Assembly: GCA_965224245.1 (NCBI GenBank)
Contig: OZ245046.1
Location: forward strand, 5,760,001 to 5,824,000
Direction: 5' to 3'
Length of the DNA stretch: 64,000 bases
Origin: Candidatus Eiseniibacteriota bacterium
Lineage (GTDB): Bacteria; Eisenbacteria; RBG-16-71-46; CAZAMP01
Below are positions 28,515 through 38,529 of the stretch, in pieces (position 1 is the stretch's first letter; every line of letters starts with the position of its first letter). The notes beneath the pieces were generated by a model. The model made no database searches. It saw nothing but the letters and a program-made list of their open reading frames with translations, and was not told the DNA's origin. The position numbers and the translations under genes are program-made.

Positions 28515-29243
28515 ATGACCGACGCGACCGGGGGCCACATCGTCGCCATGGGCGGCGGCGGCTTCTCGATGGAGCCCGACAACCCGCGACTCGACGACTT
28601 CGTGCTGTCACTGGCCCGTCGCCGGCCGGCTCGCGTGTGCTTCCTCCCGACCGCCAGCGCCGAGTCCCCGGCCTACGTGGCGAAGTTCTACCGCGCCTTC
28701 TCCGGCCGCTGCACACCGACCGATCTGACGCTCTTCGACTCGTTGCTGCTGCCGAGGAGACCCCCGAGAACCGAGGATCTGGAGGACTTCGTGATGGAGC
28801 AGGACGTCTTCTACGTCGGGGGCGGCAACACCGCCAACCTGCTCGCGATCTGGCGGACCCACGGTCTCGATTCCTTGCTGGTCGACGCGTGGAAGGCGGG
28901 CGCGGTCCTCGCCGGACTCAGCGCGGGCATGATCTGCTGGTTCGAAGGCGGGCTCACCGACTCGTTCGGGGGCCTGGAGATGCTGGACGACGGGCTCGGC
29001 CTGATCCCGGGGACCGCGTGCCCGCACTACGACGGCGAGCCCGAGCGACGGGTCGCCTATCGCCGGTTCGTCGCGAACGGGGCGCCGGCGGGACACGCGG
29101 CGGATGACGGCGCGGCCCTCCACTTCGAGGGGTCCCAGCTGTCGGAGGCCGTCGGCTCGCGGCCGACCGCGTCCGTATACCGGGTCGCGCTCGAGGACGG
29201 CGACGTGGTCGAGACTCCCCTTCCGGTTCGGGTCCTGACCTGA
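28515..29243 (+). CDS. Peptidase E (S51 family)
   Basis: MGGGGF, FLPTAS, YVGGGNT, GLSAG (nucleophile), CPHYD, DDG. Confidence 0.9.
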   Translation: MTDATGGHIVAMGGGGFSMEPDNPRLDDFVLSLARRRPARVCFLPTASAESPAYVAKFYRAFSGRCTPTDLTLFDSLLLPRRPPRTEDLEDFVMEQDVFYVGGGNTANLLAIWRTHGLDSLLVDAWKAGAVLAGLSAGMICWFEGGLTDSFGGLEMLDDGLGLIPGTACPHYDGEPERRVAYRRFVANGAPAGHAADDGAALHFEGSQLSEAVGSRPTASVYRVALEDGDVVETPLPVRVLT

Positions 29244-29425
29244 GTCCGCCCCCCCCGGTTACGGCCGCTTCCCCGGGCGATTCCGGGACGGGCGACGCCG
29301 GTGAGCCCCCACACACCGGGTTGACCGGCTCTCCACCGGGCAGGCACAGTGGTGCTCGAGCCCCGGACCGCCCTCGCGGGCGACGCCGCGATCGGCGCCG
29401 GCCCGCCATCACGCAGGAGGACGAC

Positions 29426-29863
29426 ATGCGTGACGTTCGGACGCACCGGAGGCGCCGGCGCCTCGTGGTCGCGACGTTCGCGATCGGACTGTGCGGGGCG
29501 AGCATCGCGGGATGCGGCGACGGCGATGCGACGGGAGTCCCCGAGTATCGGCACTCGTGGGCATCCGTCAACTCGGTGCGCGTGGTCAGGCAGAGCGGCA
29601 CCGCCGTCGAGCTGGAGCTGTCCGGCTGGCTGCCGGAAGGCTGCAGCCGGTTCGACACGCCCGCGGTCTCGTTCACGCCCCCCGACTCGTTTCTGGTTCG
29701 CGTGGGCAGCAAGCGCCCGGCGCGCGCGGCGTGCACGCAGGCGCTGATCGAGTACACGGACATTGTCGCGCTCGACGTGCCCGGAGACGGCGTCTACGGC
29801 GTCCGGTTTCAGAGCTCGGTCGGGCCGGCCTTCGTGTGGCAGCTGGTCGTCGACTCGCACTGA
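29426..29863 (+). CDS. Putative small lipoprotein
   Basis: AGGAGG RBS; basic N-region, hydrophobic stretch, IAGC lipobox; CxxF...CTQAL cysteine pair. Confidence 0.65.
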   Translation: MRDVRTHRRRRRLVVATFAIGLCGASIAGCGDGDATGVPEYRHSWASVNSVRVVRQSGTAVELELSGWLPEGCSRFDTPAVSFTPPDSFLVRVGSKRPARAACTQALIEYTDIVALDVPGDGVYGVRFQSSVGPAFVWQLVVDSH

Positions 29864-29889
29864 GCCGCCGCCGACGAGAGGAGCCTGAT

Positions 29890-30372
29890 CTGTCGCCCGA
29901 CGACGTCGAGCCGGTCACGATCCGGCGCGAGCCCATCACGTCACCGATCGCCACCGAGCTGATCAGGTCGCTGAACGCCGAGCTGTCCGCGACGTATCCC
30001 GAGCCCGGGGCGACCCACTTTCGTCTGGGCGAGGACGAGGTCGCCGGCGGGCGGGGGGCGTTTCTGATCGCCTACGCCGGCACGCATCCGGTGGCCTGCG
30101 GCGCGGTTCGCCGCCTCGACGCCGCGACCGCCGAGCTCAAGCGCATGTACGTGATCCCCGACCGGCGGGGTACAGGGCTGGGACGCGTGCTGCTCGCGGC
30201 GCTCGAGGCCGAGGCCGCGCGTCTCGGAGCCGAGCGCCTCGTCCTGGAGACCGGCACCCGGCAGTCGGCGGCGATCTCCCTGTACGAAACGTCGGGCTTC
30301 ATCCGCATCCCTCCTTTCGGTGAGTACTGCCTGTCGCCGGACACCAGCATCTGCATGGAGAAGCGCCTCTGA
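29890..30372 (+). CDS. GNAT family N-acetyltransferase (start uncertain)
   Basis: VACGAVR, AELKRMYV, RGTGLG, LETG..Q..AISLY. No ATG/GTG near the expected N-terminus; CTG at 29890 follows GAGGAG. Confidence 0.8.
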   Translation: MSPDDVEPVTIRREPITSPIATELIRSLNAELSATYPEPGATHFRLGEDEVAGGRGAFLIAYAGTHPVACGAVRRLDAATAELKRMYVIPDRRGTGLGRVLLAALEAEAARLGAERLVLETGTRQSAAISLYETSGFIRIPPFGEYCLSPDTSICMEKRL

Positions 30373-30468
30373 TGCTCGTCGGCGGCACATCGCCGACGTG
30401 CTAGCATTCCACTTCCAGTTCGGGTCCGGCACGCTCGACCACGCCACGTCTCACGAGGAGTCCCGTAC

Positions 30469-31119
30469 ATGTCGCTGTTCGCGTCCAAGACGAAGATGAA
30501 GAGCCTCGGCGAGCAGTCCGGTCTACGCATCTATCAGACCGACCTTCTGTATCTGCTCCTACCCAAGGAGTCGACCAACCGCGTGATCATCTCGGCCCAC
30601 GGCGGTCACGCGGTCCTGAGCAAGACGAATCAGTTCGAGGTGCCGACCGACGTCGTGCTGCGCTTCTACTCGGATGACACGAAGTCCGTGATCGATCCCG
30701 GGTTCAACGACTTCTACCGGGGCGAGGCGGCGCCGAAGGAGATCATCACCGAGGGCGACATGTGCTTCGACTATCTCCTGACGAAGTACCAGGGACGGCA
30801 CGGCAACAAGTCGGAGACGTACGAGTCCATTACCACGGTGATCAACGAGACGGTGGCCGCGAAGCAGCAGCTCCTCGGCGGCGCGCAGAAGCTGGAGGCG
30901 GGCGCCCGCAAGGACAAGCTCCTTCAGGGTGCGTCTCGGGAGAAGGTCGCCGCGGTCGTCACCGTGCGCAATCGCTGGTTCAAGGGCGAGGCGACCCTGT
31001 CGATGGTCGTCCACGCGGTCAAGAAGCACACGCCGGCCATCACGATCTTCGACTGTCTGTTCTGCCGGAGCACGATGTTCGGCGGGAGCGACGCGGTTCC
31101 GATCACGTCGCGGTCGTAG
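30469..31119 (+). CDS. Hypothetical protein resembling the 'putative adhesin Stv' domain
   Basis: GAGGAG RBS; IISAHG, LRFY, DYLLTKYQG, VTVRNR, DCLFCRS pattern. Family recognised from memory. Confidence 0.6.
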   Translation: MSLFASKTKMKSLGEQSGLRIYQTDLLYLLLPKESTNRVIISAHGGHAVLSKTNQFEVPTDVVLRFYSDDTKSVIDPGFNDFYRGEAAPKEIITEGDMCFDYLLTKYQGRHGNKSETYESITTVINETVAAKQQLLGGAQKLEAGARKDKLLQGASREKVAAVVTVRNRWFKGEATLSMVVHAVKKHTPAITIFDCLFCRSTMFGGSDAVPITSRS

Positions 31120-31209
31120 GGTGGCACGACACCGTCGGATCGAGTTCGCGGCCTCTCGGCCTGAACGCCCCAGGGCCCCGAGGGCCGGAGTACCCTCGGG
31201 CGATCCGCC

Positions 31210-33471
31210 TCACGGGAGCCGCACGAGCTTCTGGTACGTGACCTCGTTCCGGACCGCCAGCCGCGCGAAGTAAGCGCCCGGGGCGGCCGAGCGTCCCCGG
31301 TCGTCCTCGCCGTCCCACGTGATCTCGTGGTAGCCGGGATCGAGCACGGCGCTCGCCAGGCGCCGGACGCGCCGGCCCGACGCGTCGACGATCGAGACAT
31401 CCGCGGGGCCCGCCGCGGCAAGCTGGAAGCGCACCGCGGTCTCGGCCCGGAACGGGTTCGGCACCGCGGCCACGACCGCCGTGACCCCGGGAGGATCGGC
31501 GGGCGAGTCCGGCGGCGAGGCGGCGATCGGCGCGGTCCACTTGAAGACGTCGCCGTTCGGCGTCGTCGCGGCGAGGATGCTGCCGTCCTCCAGCCGGAGA
31601 AGGTGCTGGACGTCCCGTGCGCCGTCGAGCACGCCCTCGGGGTTCCACGTGCTCCCGTCGTCCTCGGTCCGCACCACGACCAGATCCGGGCCCGGCTGGA
31701 AGCCGACCAGGACGTCCCCGTCGGGTGTCTCGGCGAGCGCGTAGTTGCGACACGACGTCAGCTCTCCCGCGGTCACCGGCGTGGTCATGACCCACGAGTC
31801 GAGTGCCCCCGCCGAGTCCGAGTAGGCCACGAAGCCGCCGTGGTCGTCGTGGCTCCAGCCACACATCCACATGCGCCCGGCGTCGTCCTCGAGGAACGCC
31901 TCGATGCTGGATTGTCCCGTGAACGGCTGGATGACCTCCCAGTCGCACGGCCCGCCGCCGCAGTCCGCGTGACCATCGGGGAGGCGGCGATACGGAAGCC
32001 GCCAGCCCCCGGCGAAGAGCGTGCCGTCACTCGCTTCGTAGAGCGTGGTGACGCTGCTCGTCATCGCGGCGAGATCGTCCTCCAGCACCCAGACTCCGGG
32101 GGGACCGCCGCTGGTGTCGAGCTCGTAGATGGCCGGGTCGGGAGACACCCCGGCCAGAATGCGTCCGTCGGACGTCTCCAGGAGGGCGCGAACCGCGGTG
32201 GCGCCCGCGATGTCGCCGGTCGGGAGCCACGTGTCCCCCCGGTTCAGCGAGACCCAGACGTCGCCGTCCGGGTACGTGCCGACGTAGAGGCGGCCGTCGC
32301 TCGACGCGAGCACGGAGTACGCGATGCGCGGTGAGCCCGGGATCGCGGCGGTCACGGACCAGGTCGCGCCGTCGTCTTCGGAGCGATGGACCGCCGCCGG
32401 ATACGTCGCCGCGTAGAGGGTTCCGTCGGCGTCCACGTCGAGACGGTACACGTTCCACGCGTTCTGGAGATTCCCGAGGAGCTCCCAGCTCGCCGGTCCG
32501 GTTCCGACGGAATCCGGCTGCGGGACGAGCCCCCGGAGCGCGACCCAGATGTCCTCGGCGCCGCGCGCGCCTTCGAACGTCTCGGACGACATGTAGAACC
32601 GGTCGCCGTCCAGCGAGAGATAGGCCGTACACGCCGGGCGGTCCACGTTCAGCATCGGGCCCACGTTGACCGGCGTGGACCACCCGGACACCGGGCCCTG
32701 CCAGTCGCTGACCCACAGGTCGACGCCACCGAAGCCACCGCTCCGCAAGCCGCCGAAGTCAGAGAAGAACAGCTGGGTATCGTCCCTCGAGATGTACGGC
32801 CGAACCTCCGAGGTCGTCGCCCCGTTGACGGCGCCGGGAACGGCGCCGAGCTCGATCCAGGCGTCGATCGCACCGCTCGGTGCGCGCCGCGCGTGGTAGA
32901 TGTCGTTCGCGCCGGAGTACTTGCAGTAGTACAGGTGCAAGCCGTCCTGACTCAGACAGGGATCGAACCCGGTGAGGACGGCCACCGGATCGCTCCAGTC
33001 GCCGGCGGTCCGGATGCTGTAGTAGATCTCGCTGCCCCGTCCGAAGAACAACGTGTCGCCCTCGGCGGTGGTCGTCGGGCGTCGCTCGCCCTCGGACGTG
33101 TTTATCCTGGGACCGAGGTTGGTGACCGGCCCCCAGTCGCCGGTCGTCGTGTCCTTCTCGGCGTGGTAGATGTCCCACTCGCCGCCCCACGCCTCGAAGC
33201 CGGCGTCGGCGGGTCCGTAGGTCCCGCTGTGTCGGATGAAGAAGATCTCGGTCTCGTCGGCGGTCAGCCACGGGTTGCAATCCGAGTCGTAGTTGGAGAT
33301 CGGCACGCTGATCGGATGACCGAAGTCGTCGCCGAAGAACGTCCCACGGCGGTCGGTGGGCGATGCGGGCGCGTCGCCCGAGACGTCCGTGCCGTCGGGG
33401 CAGGCGGTGGCGACGCAGGCCAGCCCGGCCAACGCGAGCGCCATCGCGGCGAGTGAGTCGATCCGGCTCAA
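31210..33471 (-). CDS. Secreted double beta-propeller (PD40-like plus BNR repeats) with FlgD-Ig/T9SS-like C-terminal domain
   Basis: TTG start after GAGGAGG; repeats P-x-[LI]-[ST]-x-D-x3-[LI]FF; SxDxGxTW boxes; PNPFRAET...WDGEDDRG..PGAYF. Confidence 0.8.
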   Translation of the reverse strand: MSRIDSLAAMALALAGLACVATACPDGTDVSGDAPASPTDRRGTFFGDDFGHPISVPISNYDSDCNPWLTADETEIFFIRHSGTYGPADAGFEAWGGEWDIYHAEKDTTTGDWGPVTNLGPRINTSEGERRPTTTAEGDTLFFGRGSEIYYSIRTAGDWSDPVAVLTGFDPCLSQDGLHLYYCKYSGANDIYHARRAPSGAIDAWIELGAVPGAVNGATTSEVRPYISRDDTQLFFSDFGGLRSGGFGGVDLWVSDWQGPVSGWSTPVNVGPMLNVDRPACTAYLSLDGDRFYMSSETFEGARGAEDIWVALRGLVPQPDSVGTGPASWELLGNLQNAWNVYRLDVDADGTLYAATYPAAVHRSEDDGATWSVTAAIPGSPRIAYSVLASSDGRLYVGTYPDGDVWVSLNRGDTWLPTGDIAGATAVRALLETSDGRILAGVSPDPAIYELDTSGGPPGVWVLEDDLAAMTSSVTTLYEASDGTLFAGGWRLPYRRLPDGHADCGGGPCDWEVIQPFTGQSSIEAFLEDDAGRMWMCGWSHDDHGGFVAYSDSAGALDSWVMTTPVTAGELTSCRNYALAETPDGDVLVGFQPGPDLVVVRTEDDGSTWNPEGVLDGARDVQHLLRLEDGSILAATTPNGDVFKWTAPIAASPPDSPADPPGVTAVVAAVPNPFRAETAVRFQLAAAGPADVSIVDASGRRVRRLASAVLDPGYHEITWDGEDDRGRSAAPGAYFARLAVRNEVTYQKLVRLP

Positions 33472-33661
33472 GATGCGCCTCCTCGGGTGGATCGTGTGGG
33501 CGGTCGCGATCCCCCCGCCGCCGGCGGTGCGATCTCACCCAGCCGTGACACAAGGATACGCGACCGGCCGCCACCGCTCCAACGGCAGGCGTGCGCCGGG
33601 ACCGTCCCGCGGGTACTCTCCTCAGGGCGGGTCGGTGGACGGCCGCCCAGGAGGAGGCCGC

Positions 33662-34153
33662 GTGACCGCCCGAGACGTGATCGAGCTGCTGCGGCTCGAG
33701 GCCCACCCCGCCGAAGGCAGCTTCTTTCGCGAGACGTACCGATCCCGGGGGAGCTGTCACCCGGGCTCGCCGTTCGCCGGCGAGCGTGCGCTCGGCACCG
33801 CGATCTACTATCTCCTCACGTCCGGGACCTGCTCGGCGATGCATCGCCTTCCCGGCGACGAGATCTTCCACTTCTACCTCGGCGATCCGGTCGAGATGCT
33901 GATGCTGCACCCGGACGGATCGAGTGAGATCGTCGTGCTCGGGCCCGACCTCGGGCGGATGCGCGTACAGCACGTCGTGCCGGGAGGGGTGTGGCAGGGT
34001 GCGTGCGTGATTCCCGGCGGGAGCTGGGCGCTTCTCGGAACGACGATGGCGCCGGGGTTCGACTACGCGGACTACGAGACCGGCGACGCCGGGCTGCTGG
34101 CGTCTCATCCATCGCACCGGGACCGCATTGCGAAGCTGCTGCGGACGGTCTAG
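33662..34153 (+). CDS. Cupin domain protein (DUF985/Cupin_5)
   Basis: HPAEGSFFRETY, TAIYYLL, HRL..DEIFHFY, GVWQ, APGFDY. Confidence 0.9.
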   Translation: MTARDVIELLRLEAHPAEGSFFRETYRSRGSCHPGSPFAGERALGTAIYYLLTSGTCSAMHRLPGDEIFHFYLGDPVEMLMLHPDGSSEIVVLGPDLGRMRVQHVVPGGVWQGACVIPGGSWALLGTTMAPGFDYADYETGDAGLLASHPSHRDRIAKLLRTV

Positions 34154-34230
34154 TTTCGGGCCGCGCCGCGCCAAACGGCGCGGCGGGATCGACGGTCGTA
34201 CCGTCACATCGATGCACCGAGGATGAGCCG

Positions 34231-35328
34231 ATGGCGTCACCCGACGACGATGTCTTGCGTGAGCTACGCGACCAGATACGAGAGCTCGACCTCGAGCTGA
34301 TCGAGCGTGCGGCCCGACGCGTGGAGCTCGCGAGACGCCTCGGAGACGTCAAACGCCGACTGGACCTCCCCGTCGCCGACTACGCCCAGGAGCGACGCGT
34401 GCTCGACCGCGCCCGCACGGACGCCGCCCGTCTCGGCCTCGATTCCCGCGTCGCCGAGGATCTTCTCGCCGGGCTCATTCGCGCCGCGATCACGGTCCAG
34501 GACGAGGACCGGCTGCGCGGCGTCGCCGCCGGCGCCGGCCGCCGGGCGGTGGTCGTCGGCGGTGCCGGGCGCATGGGGCGCTGGCTGGATCGCTTCCTGG
34601 CCGCGCAGGGCTACCGCACGCACGTGCTCGACCCCGCACCGCACCCCGGTGGCGACGATCCCGCCGCGGCGCGCCGGGCGCTACCGGACGCGGACCTCGT
34701 CGTGTGCTGCACGCCGCCGATGGCGACCGTCTCGCTCTACGACGCATGGGTCGAGGCGCCCCCCTCCGGCGTGATCGTCGACATCGCCAGCATCAAGACG
34801 CCGCTCGTGGAGCCCATCCGGCGGCTCCAGCGGGCCGGCGGTCGCGTGGCGTCCATCCATCCCATGTTCGGACCGTCGATCGCGCTTCTTCGCGACGCCG
34901 ACGTCGTCGTCTGCGACACCGGCGATCACGACGCCGGCGCGGCCGTGGAGGCGCTGTTCGAGCCCACCGAGGCGCGGCTCGTGCGACTGCCCCTCGAGGA
35001 GCACGACCGTCTCATGGCCGATCTCCTGAGCCTGGCCCACGTCTCGGCGATCGCGTTCGCGCTGGCGTGTCCGCAGGACGAGCATCCGGTCCGGAGCACG
35101 ACCTTCCGGGCACTGGAGTCGCTCGCGGCCACCGTGGTGCGCGAGAGCCCCGACGTGTACTACGAGATCCAGGCCATGAACCCGCACTCGGCGGACGTCC
35201 TCGATCGACTGCGCGCGGCGCTCGATCGCATCGTCGAGGCGGTCGCGACACGCGACGCCGGCGCCTTCGCGACGCTCCTCGCCGATGGGCGGCGGCGGAC
35301 GCCGGACGTGCCGCCGGCCGCCGACTAG
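34231..35328 (+). CDS. tyrA: Chorismate mutase / prephenate dehydrogenase fusion
   Basis: AroQ-like N-terminus (LRDQIRELD..R...K); GGAGRMG, DIASIK, HPMFGP, HDRLMA. Confidence 0.85.
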   Translation: MASPDDDVLRELRDQIRELDLELIERAARRVELARRLGDVKRRLDLPVADYAQERRVLDRARTDAARLGLDSRVAEDLLAGLIRAAITVQDEDRLRGVAAGAGRRAVVVGGAGRMGRWLDRFLAAQGYRTHVLDPAPHPGGDDPAAARRALPDADLVVCCTPPMATVSLYDAWVEAPPSGVIVDIASIKTPLVEPIRRLQRAGGRVASIHPMFGPSIALLRDADVVVCDTGDHDAGAAVEALFEPTEARLVRLPLEEHDRLMADLLSLAHVSAIAFALACPQDEHPVRSTTFRALESLAATVVRESPDVYYEIQAMNPHSADVLDRLRAALDRIVEAVATRDAGAFATLLADGRRRTPDVPPAAD

Positions 35329-35353
35329 CACGCAGCGCCGGGGGCGCCGGCGA

Positions 35354-38300
35354 TCACTTCAACAGCATCATCTTCCGGGCCAGGACCCGTCCGTCGCTGG
35401 TCAGGCGATACACGTAGACGCCGGATGGCACCTCGAGGCCGCGGTCGTCCCGGCCGTCCCAGGTCACGTGCCACTCGCCCGCCGAGTAGCGGGACTCCGT
35501 GAGCCGCCGGACCCGACGGCCCACCAGATCCAGCACGTCGAGCCGGACGTCGCCGGCATGGTCGAGCGAGAACGCGATCGTCGTCCGGGGATTGAACGGA
35601 TTGGGGCGGTTCTGGCCGAGCCGGAGCGACCGGGCATCCGGCACCTCGCTCGCATCCAGGAGCGCGCAGTCCGCCACGAACGGACCGGTGAGCGGCCCAG
35701 CGGCATCGGCGGCATCCACGGCCCGCAGCCAGTACGCGTACACGGTGCCGCCACCGAACGGGGGATCGTCGTACCACTGGAAGCCTGCCTCGGCAGGCTC
35801 GGCATCCACGGCGACACGGTCGATCAGCGTCAGCGGCGTGCCGGCGTCGTCCTCGCGGAACACCTCGACGTACTGCACCCGCTCGGGCTCCCCGGCCAGG
35901 TCGCGCACGTCGTCGTCCCAGTCGAGGCGCACGCTGGGACCGTCGAGACCGTCACCCGGCCGGGACAGGCACGTCGCGCCCGCGTCGACACCGCCGGGCT
36001 CGATGCAGTCCACCCGGTACTCCAGAATGCATCCACCCATGGGCTCGTCGGTCTGCGCGTTCACGAGCGTGAACGGCAGGTAGGCCGTCTCCCCGTGCTC
36101 GGCCATGGCCGCCGCCACGGCGACCCAGAGCTCGACCGGCTCGCACTCGAACAGATCGTACGGCCCCTCGTCGAACTGCACGTCCCAGCTCTCGGGCAGG
36201 ACCCAGTCGTCATACTCGGGATAGCTCCCGAGCCGTACGATCGCCGAACCGAACTGCTCGCCGCAGCCGAGCAGGTTGATCTTCGACACCTTCTCGAATC
36301 CACCCTCCCGGACGAGGGCTCTTTCGGCGCGTGAGCTCCCGGGGCGCACGACCAGGACCTGATGGTTCACCTGCGCGACGTTGTTGTCGTTGGGTGGAAA
36401 CTCGCTGGACTGGGTGTCGCCGAGGGTCGTGGCGATCGCGCCGATGCAGTAGTGATCCACGAACTCCGGCGTCGTGGGATAGACGAAGTCGATGAAGTTC
36501 TCCTCGAACCCGCCGGGAGCCACGAGGGGGATCACCCTCGACCCGATCAGCGTGCCGGTGGACGGGAAGTGAAGTCCCATGGCGGGGTCCGCGTAGTAGA
36601 GATCGACCTGGACGTTGGCGAGCGGGTCCGGCCCGTCGTTGTGCACGCGGAACCAGAGGTGGTTCGTGATCCCCTCGGCCGGGTGATCGTCGGCGCCGTC
36701 GTCGTCGTTGTCGATCCAGATGTCCGGGCTCGCCCACCATCGCCCGCAGGCCGAGAACTCGTTGCAGCCGTCCTCCTCGCAGTCGATCATGCACGCGTTC
36801 TCCGTGGAGGGGGTTCCCACCTCCACGTCCGCACAGATCCAGCCGGGCTCTCCCAGCTCGCCGCCCTCGCAGGAGTCGATCGCACGGATCCGCACGAGCG
36901 AATCGTCTCCCGAGTACGATCGGGTGTCGGGGATGCTCACGTCCGAGAACTCATCCTGGGTGCCGGGGCACCAGACATCCAGCTCGTCGCCGCGGTTGAC
37001 CTCCTGGTCGAGGTCGTCCGCATTGGCGGCGTGCGTGGCGTCCCAGCCGTCGGCGCACTCGACGTCGATGGCCTTGTGCGTCTCGTCCCCGTTGACGGTG
37101 TTGTCCCAGTACTCGGCGGCGTAGACCGCGTCGTCGACGTGGTAGATCACGAGACCCGGGGCGGGCACCTGGGCGTCGAAGCCGAGCGCCTGGCGGTTCT
37201 CCGCCACGAAGTACTCCGGCCCCATGCGACCGTATGTCCAGAGCCGGAGCGCGACCGGATACTCGACGACCGGCGGAATGCACAGCTGCTCCTGGTCGTG
37301 CGTGACGTTGAAGTAGGAGAGCCATCCGAGTCGCTCCTTCGTCCACGCCGTCATGTGCGCCGGGCTGTCCGGGGTGTTCCAGTTCCCGGCAGCCATCAAG
37401 CCCCAGTGACCGATGCCTTCGGACGGTCCGTTCATGTCGTCGGTGTCGTAGAGGTCGGGGATGTCCAGTGCGTGTCCGAACTCGTGCGCGAACGTGCCGA
37501 TCCCGGCGAGCGTCGACCCGTCACAGTCGAGGGCGCCGTAGATGAAGTAGCCGTTCACGCGGATGTTCGCCACGCCGGGCGCCATGGAGGGATCGTCGGT
37601 CTCGAACGAGCTCCCGGTCCACTGGTTGAGCGCCCACTGGTGGGCCCAGATGTTGCCTCCACCGGTCTCGCGACACGCGCCCTCGATCTCCGGATGGACG
37701 AACGCGATGAAGTCCACGTAGCCGTCGTCGTCTCCGGAGTTGGGGATGCCGTCCGGACCGTCGGTGTCGAACTGCCCGAAGTCGATCGCACCGTCGCGCG
37801 CGGCGAGCACCTCGACGATGAGCTCGTCGGTGCGGGCGGCGCCGGGGATCAGGCCGTTGGACGTGCCTTCGTAATACGTGTCGTTCTCGGAGAGCGTGAA
37901 CCAGGGATCCACCACGCCGTTGACCGAGTAGAGCCCGTACGAGACCTCCTGGTAGTAGTCCTTCAACGTGCCGGTGGGGTACGGTCCGTCGAAGAGCTGC
38001 GTCTGGATCTCCGCCGGCGTGAACGGCTCGGACTCCGTGTTCGCGAACAGGACGGGGAACACCGGCACCTGACCGCTGCCCGTCACACGGGTACCACCGC
38101 GCGCCTCGGCCTCGGCCGGCGTGATCTCACCCCGGGCGAGCGCGAGCCGATTGGCGCGCGTGCGTCTCGCAGTCTCGACGTAGCCCCACGGAGACCGCGG
38201 CCCGGTCTCTGGGAGCGACATCGCCTCGAGAACGTGGTCGGGGAGCGGGCGTTCCCGCGGCAGCCGGCAGATTCGCGGTCCGGCGAGGGTGGGAACGGCG

Positions 38301-38365
38301 GTGGCGCCGAGGAGAAGAGTGGCGACGATCGTGCGGATCGCACCGCGCGAGATCGGCTGATACAT
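35354..38365 (-). CDS. Secreted M6-family (immune inhibitor A-like) metalloprotease with FlgD-Ig/T9SS-like C-terminal domain
   Basis: YYQEVSYG, IWAHQW, HEFGHALDIPDLYD, WGLMAAG, AWTKERLGW; QNRPNPFNP...WDGRDDRG..SGVYVY...KMMLLK. Confidence 0.9.
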   Translation of the reverse strand: MYQPISRGAIRTIVATLLLGATAVPTLAGPRICRLPRERPLPDHVLEAMSLPETGPRSPWGYVETARRTRANRLALARGEITPAEAEARGGTRVTGSGQVPVFPVLFANTESEPFTPAEIQTQLFDGPYPTGTLKDYYQEVSYGLYSVNGVVDPWFTLSENDTYYEGTSNGLIPGAARTDELIVEVLAARDGAIDFGQFDTDGPDGIPNSGDDDGYVDFIAFVHPEIEGACRETGGGNIWAHQWALNQWTGSSFETDDPSMAPGVANIRVNGYFIYGALDCDGSTLAGIGTFAHEFGHALDIPDLYDTDDMNGPSEGIGHWGLMAAGNWNTPDSPAHMTAWTKERLGWLSYFNVTHDQEQLCIPPVVEYPVALRLWTYGRMGPEYFVAENRQALGFDAQVPAPGLVIYHVDDAVYAAEYWDNTVNGDETHKAIDVECADGWDATHAANADDLDQEVNRGDELDVWCPGTQDEFSDVSIPDTRSYSGDDSLVRIRAIDSCEGGELGEPGWICADVEVGTPSTENACMIDCEEDGCNEFSACGRWWASPDIWIDNDDDGADDHPAEGITNHLWFRVHNDGPDPLANVQVDLYYADPAMGLHFPSTGTLIGSRVIPLVAPGGFEENFIDFVYPTTPEFVDHYCIGAIATTLGDTQSSEFPPNDNNVAQVNHQVLVVRPGSSRAERALVREGGFEKVSKINLLGCGEQFGSAIVRLGSYPEYDDWVLPESWDVQFDEGPYDLFECEPVELWVAVAAAMAEHGETAYLPFTLVNAQTDEPMGGCILEYRVDCIEPGGVDAGATCLSRPGDGLDGPSVRLDWDDDVRDLAGEPERVQYVEVFREDDAGTPLTLIDRVAVDAEPAEAGFQWYDDPPFGGGTVYAYWLRAVDAADAAGPLTGPFVADCALLDASEVPDARSLRLGQNRPNPFNPRTTIAFSLDHAGDVRLDVLDLVGRRVRRLTESRYSAGEWHVTWDGRDDRGLEVPSGVYVYRLTSDGRVLARKMMLLK

Positions 38366-38470
38366 CCATGGCCTCCCGATGTGACGGCTGATATCAGGGC
38401 TTCTCACACCGGTCGCTCGACGGCTGGAGGTGTGACCGGGGTGGGCCGTCAGAATCGAGAAACTCTCGGG

Positions 38471-38501
38471 CAAGAGAACGGGGCGGCCAGGGCCGCCCCG
38501 T
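38471..38501 (-). terminator. Intrinsic terminator after the S8 peptidase gene
   Basis: 10-bp stem ACGGGGCGGC/GCCGCCCCGT followed on the minus strand by TCTCTTG. Confidence 0.6.
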
Positions 38502-38529
38502 GAGGATCGGGATGTGGACGCGTCGGTCG

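Noticed and set aside
29249-29256. Poly-C run as a phase-variation tract
   Set aside because: Only 8 nt, intergenic just after a stop codon, and unremarkable at this GC content.
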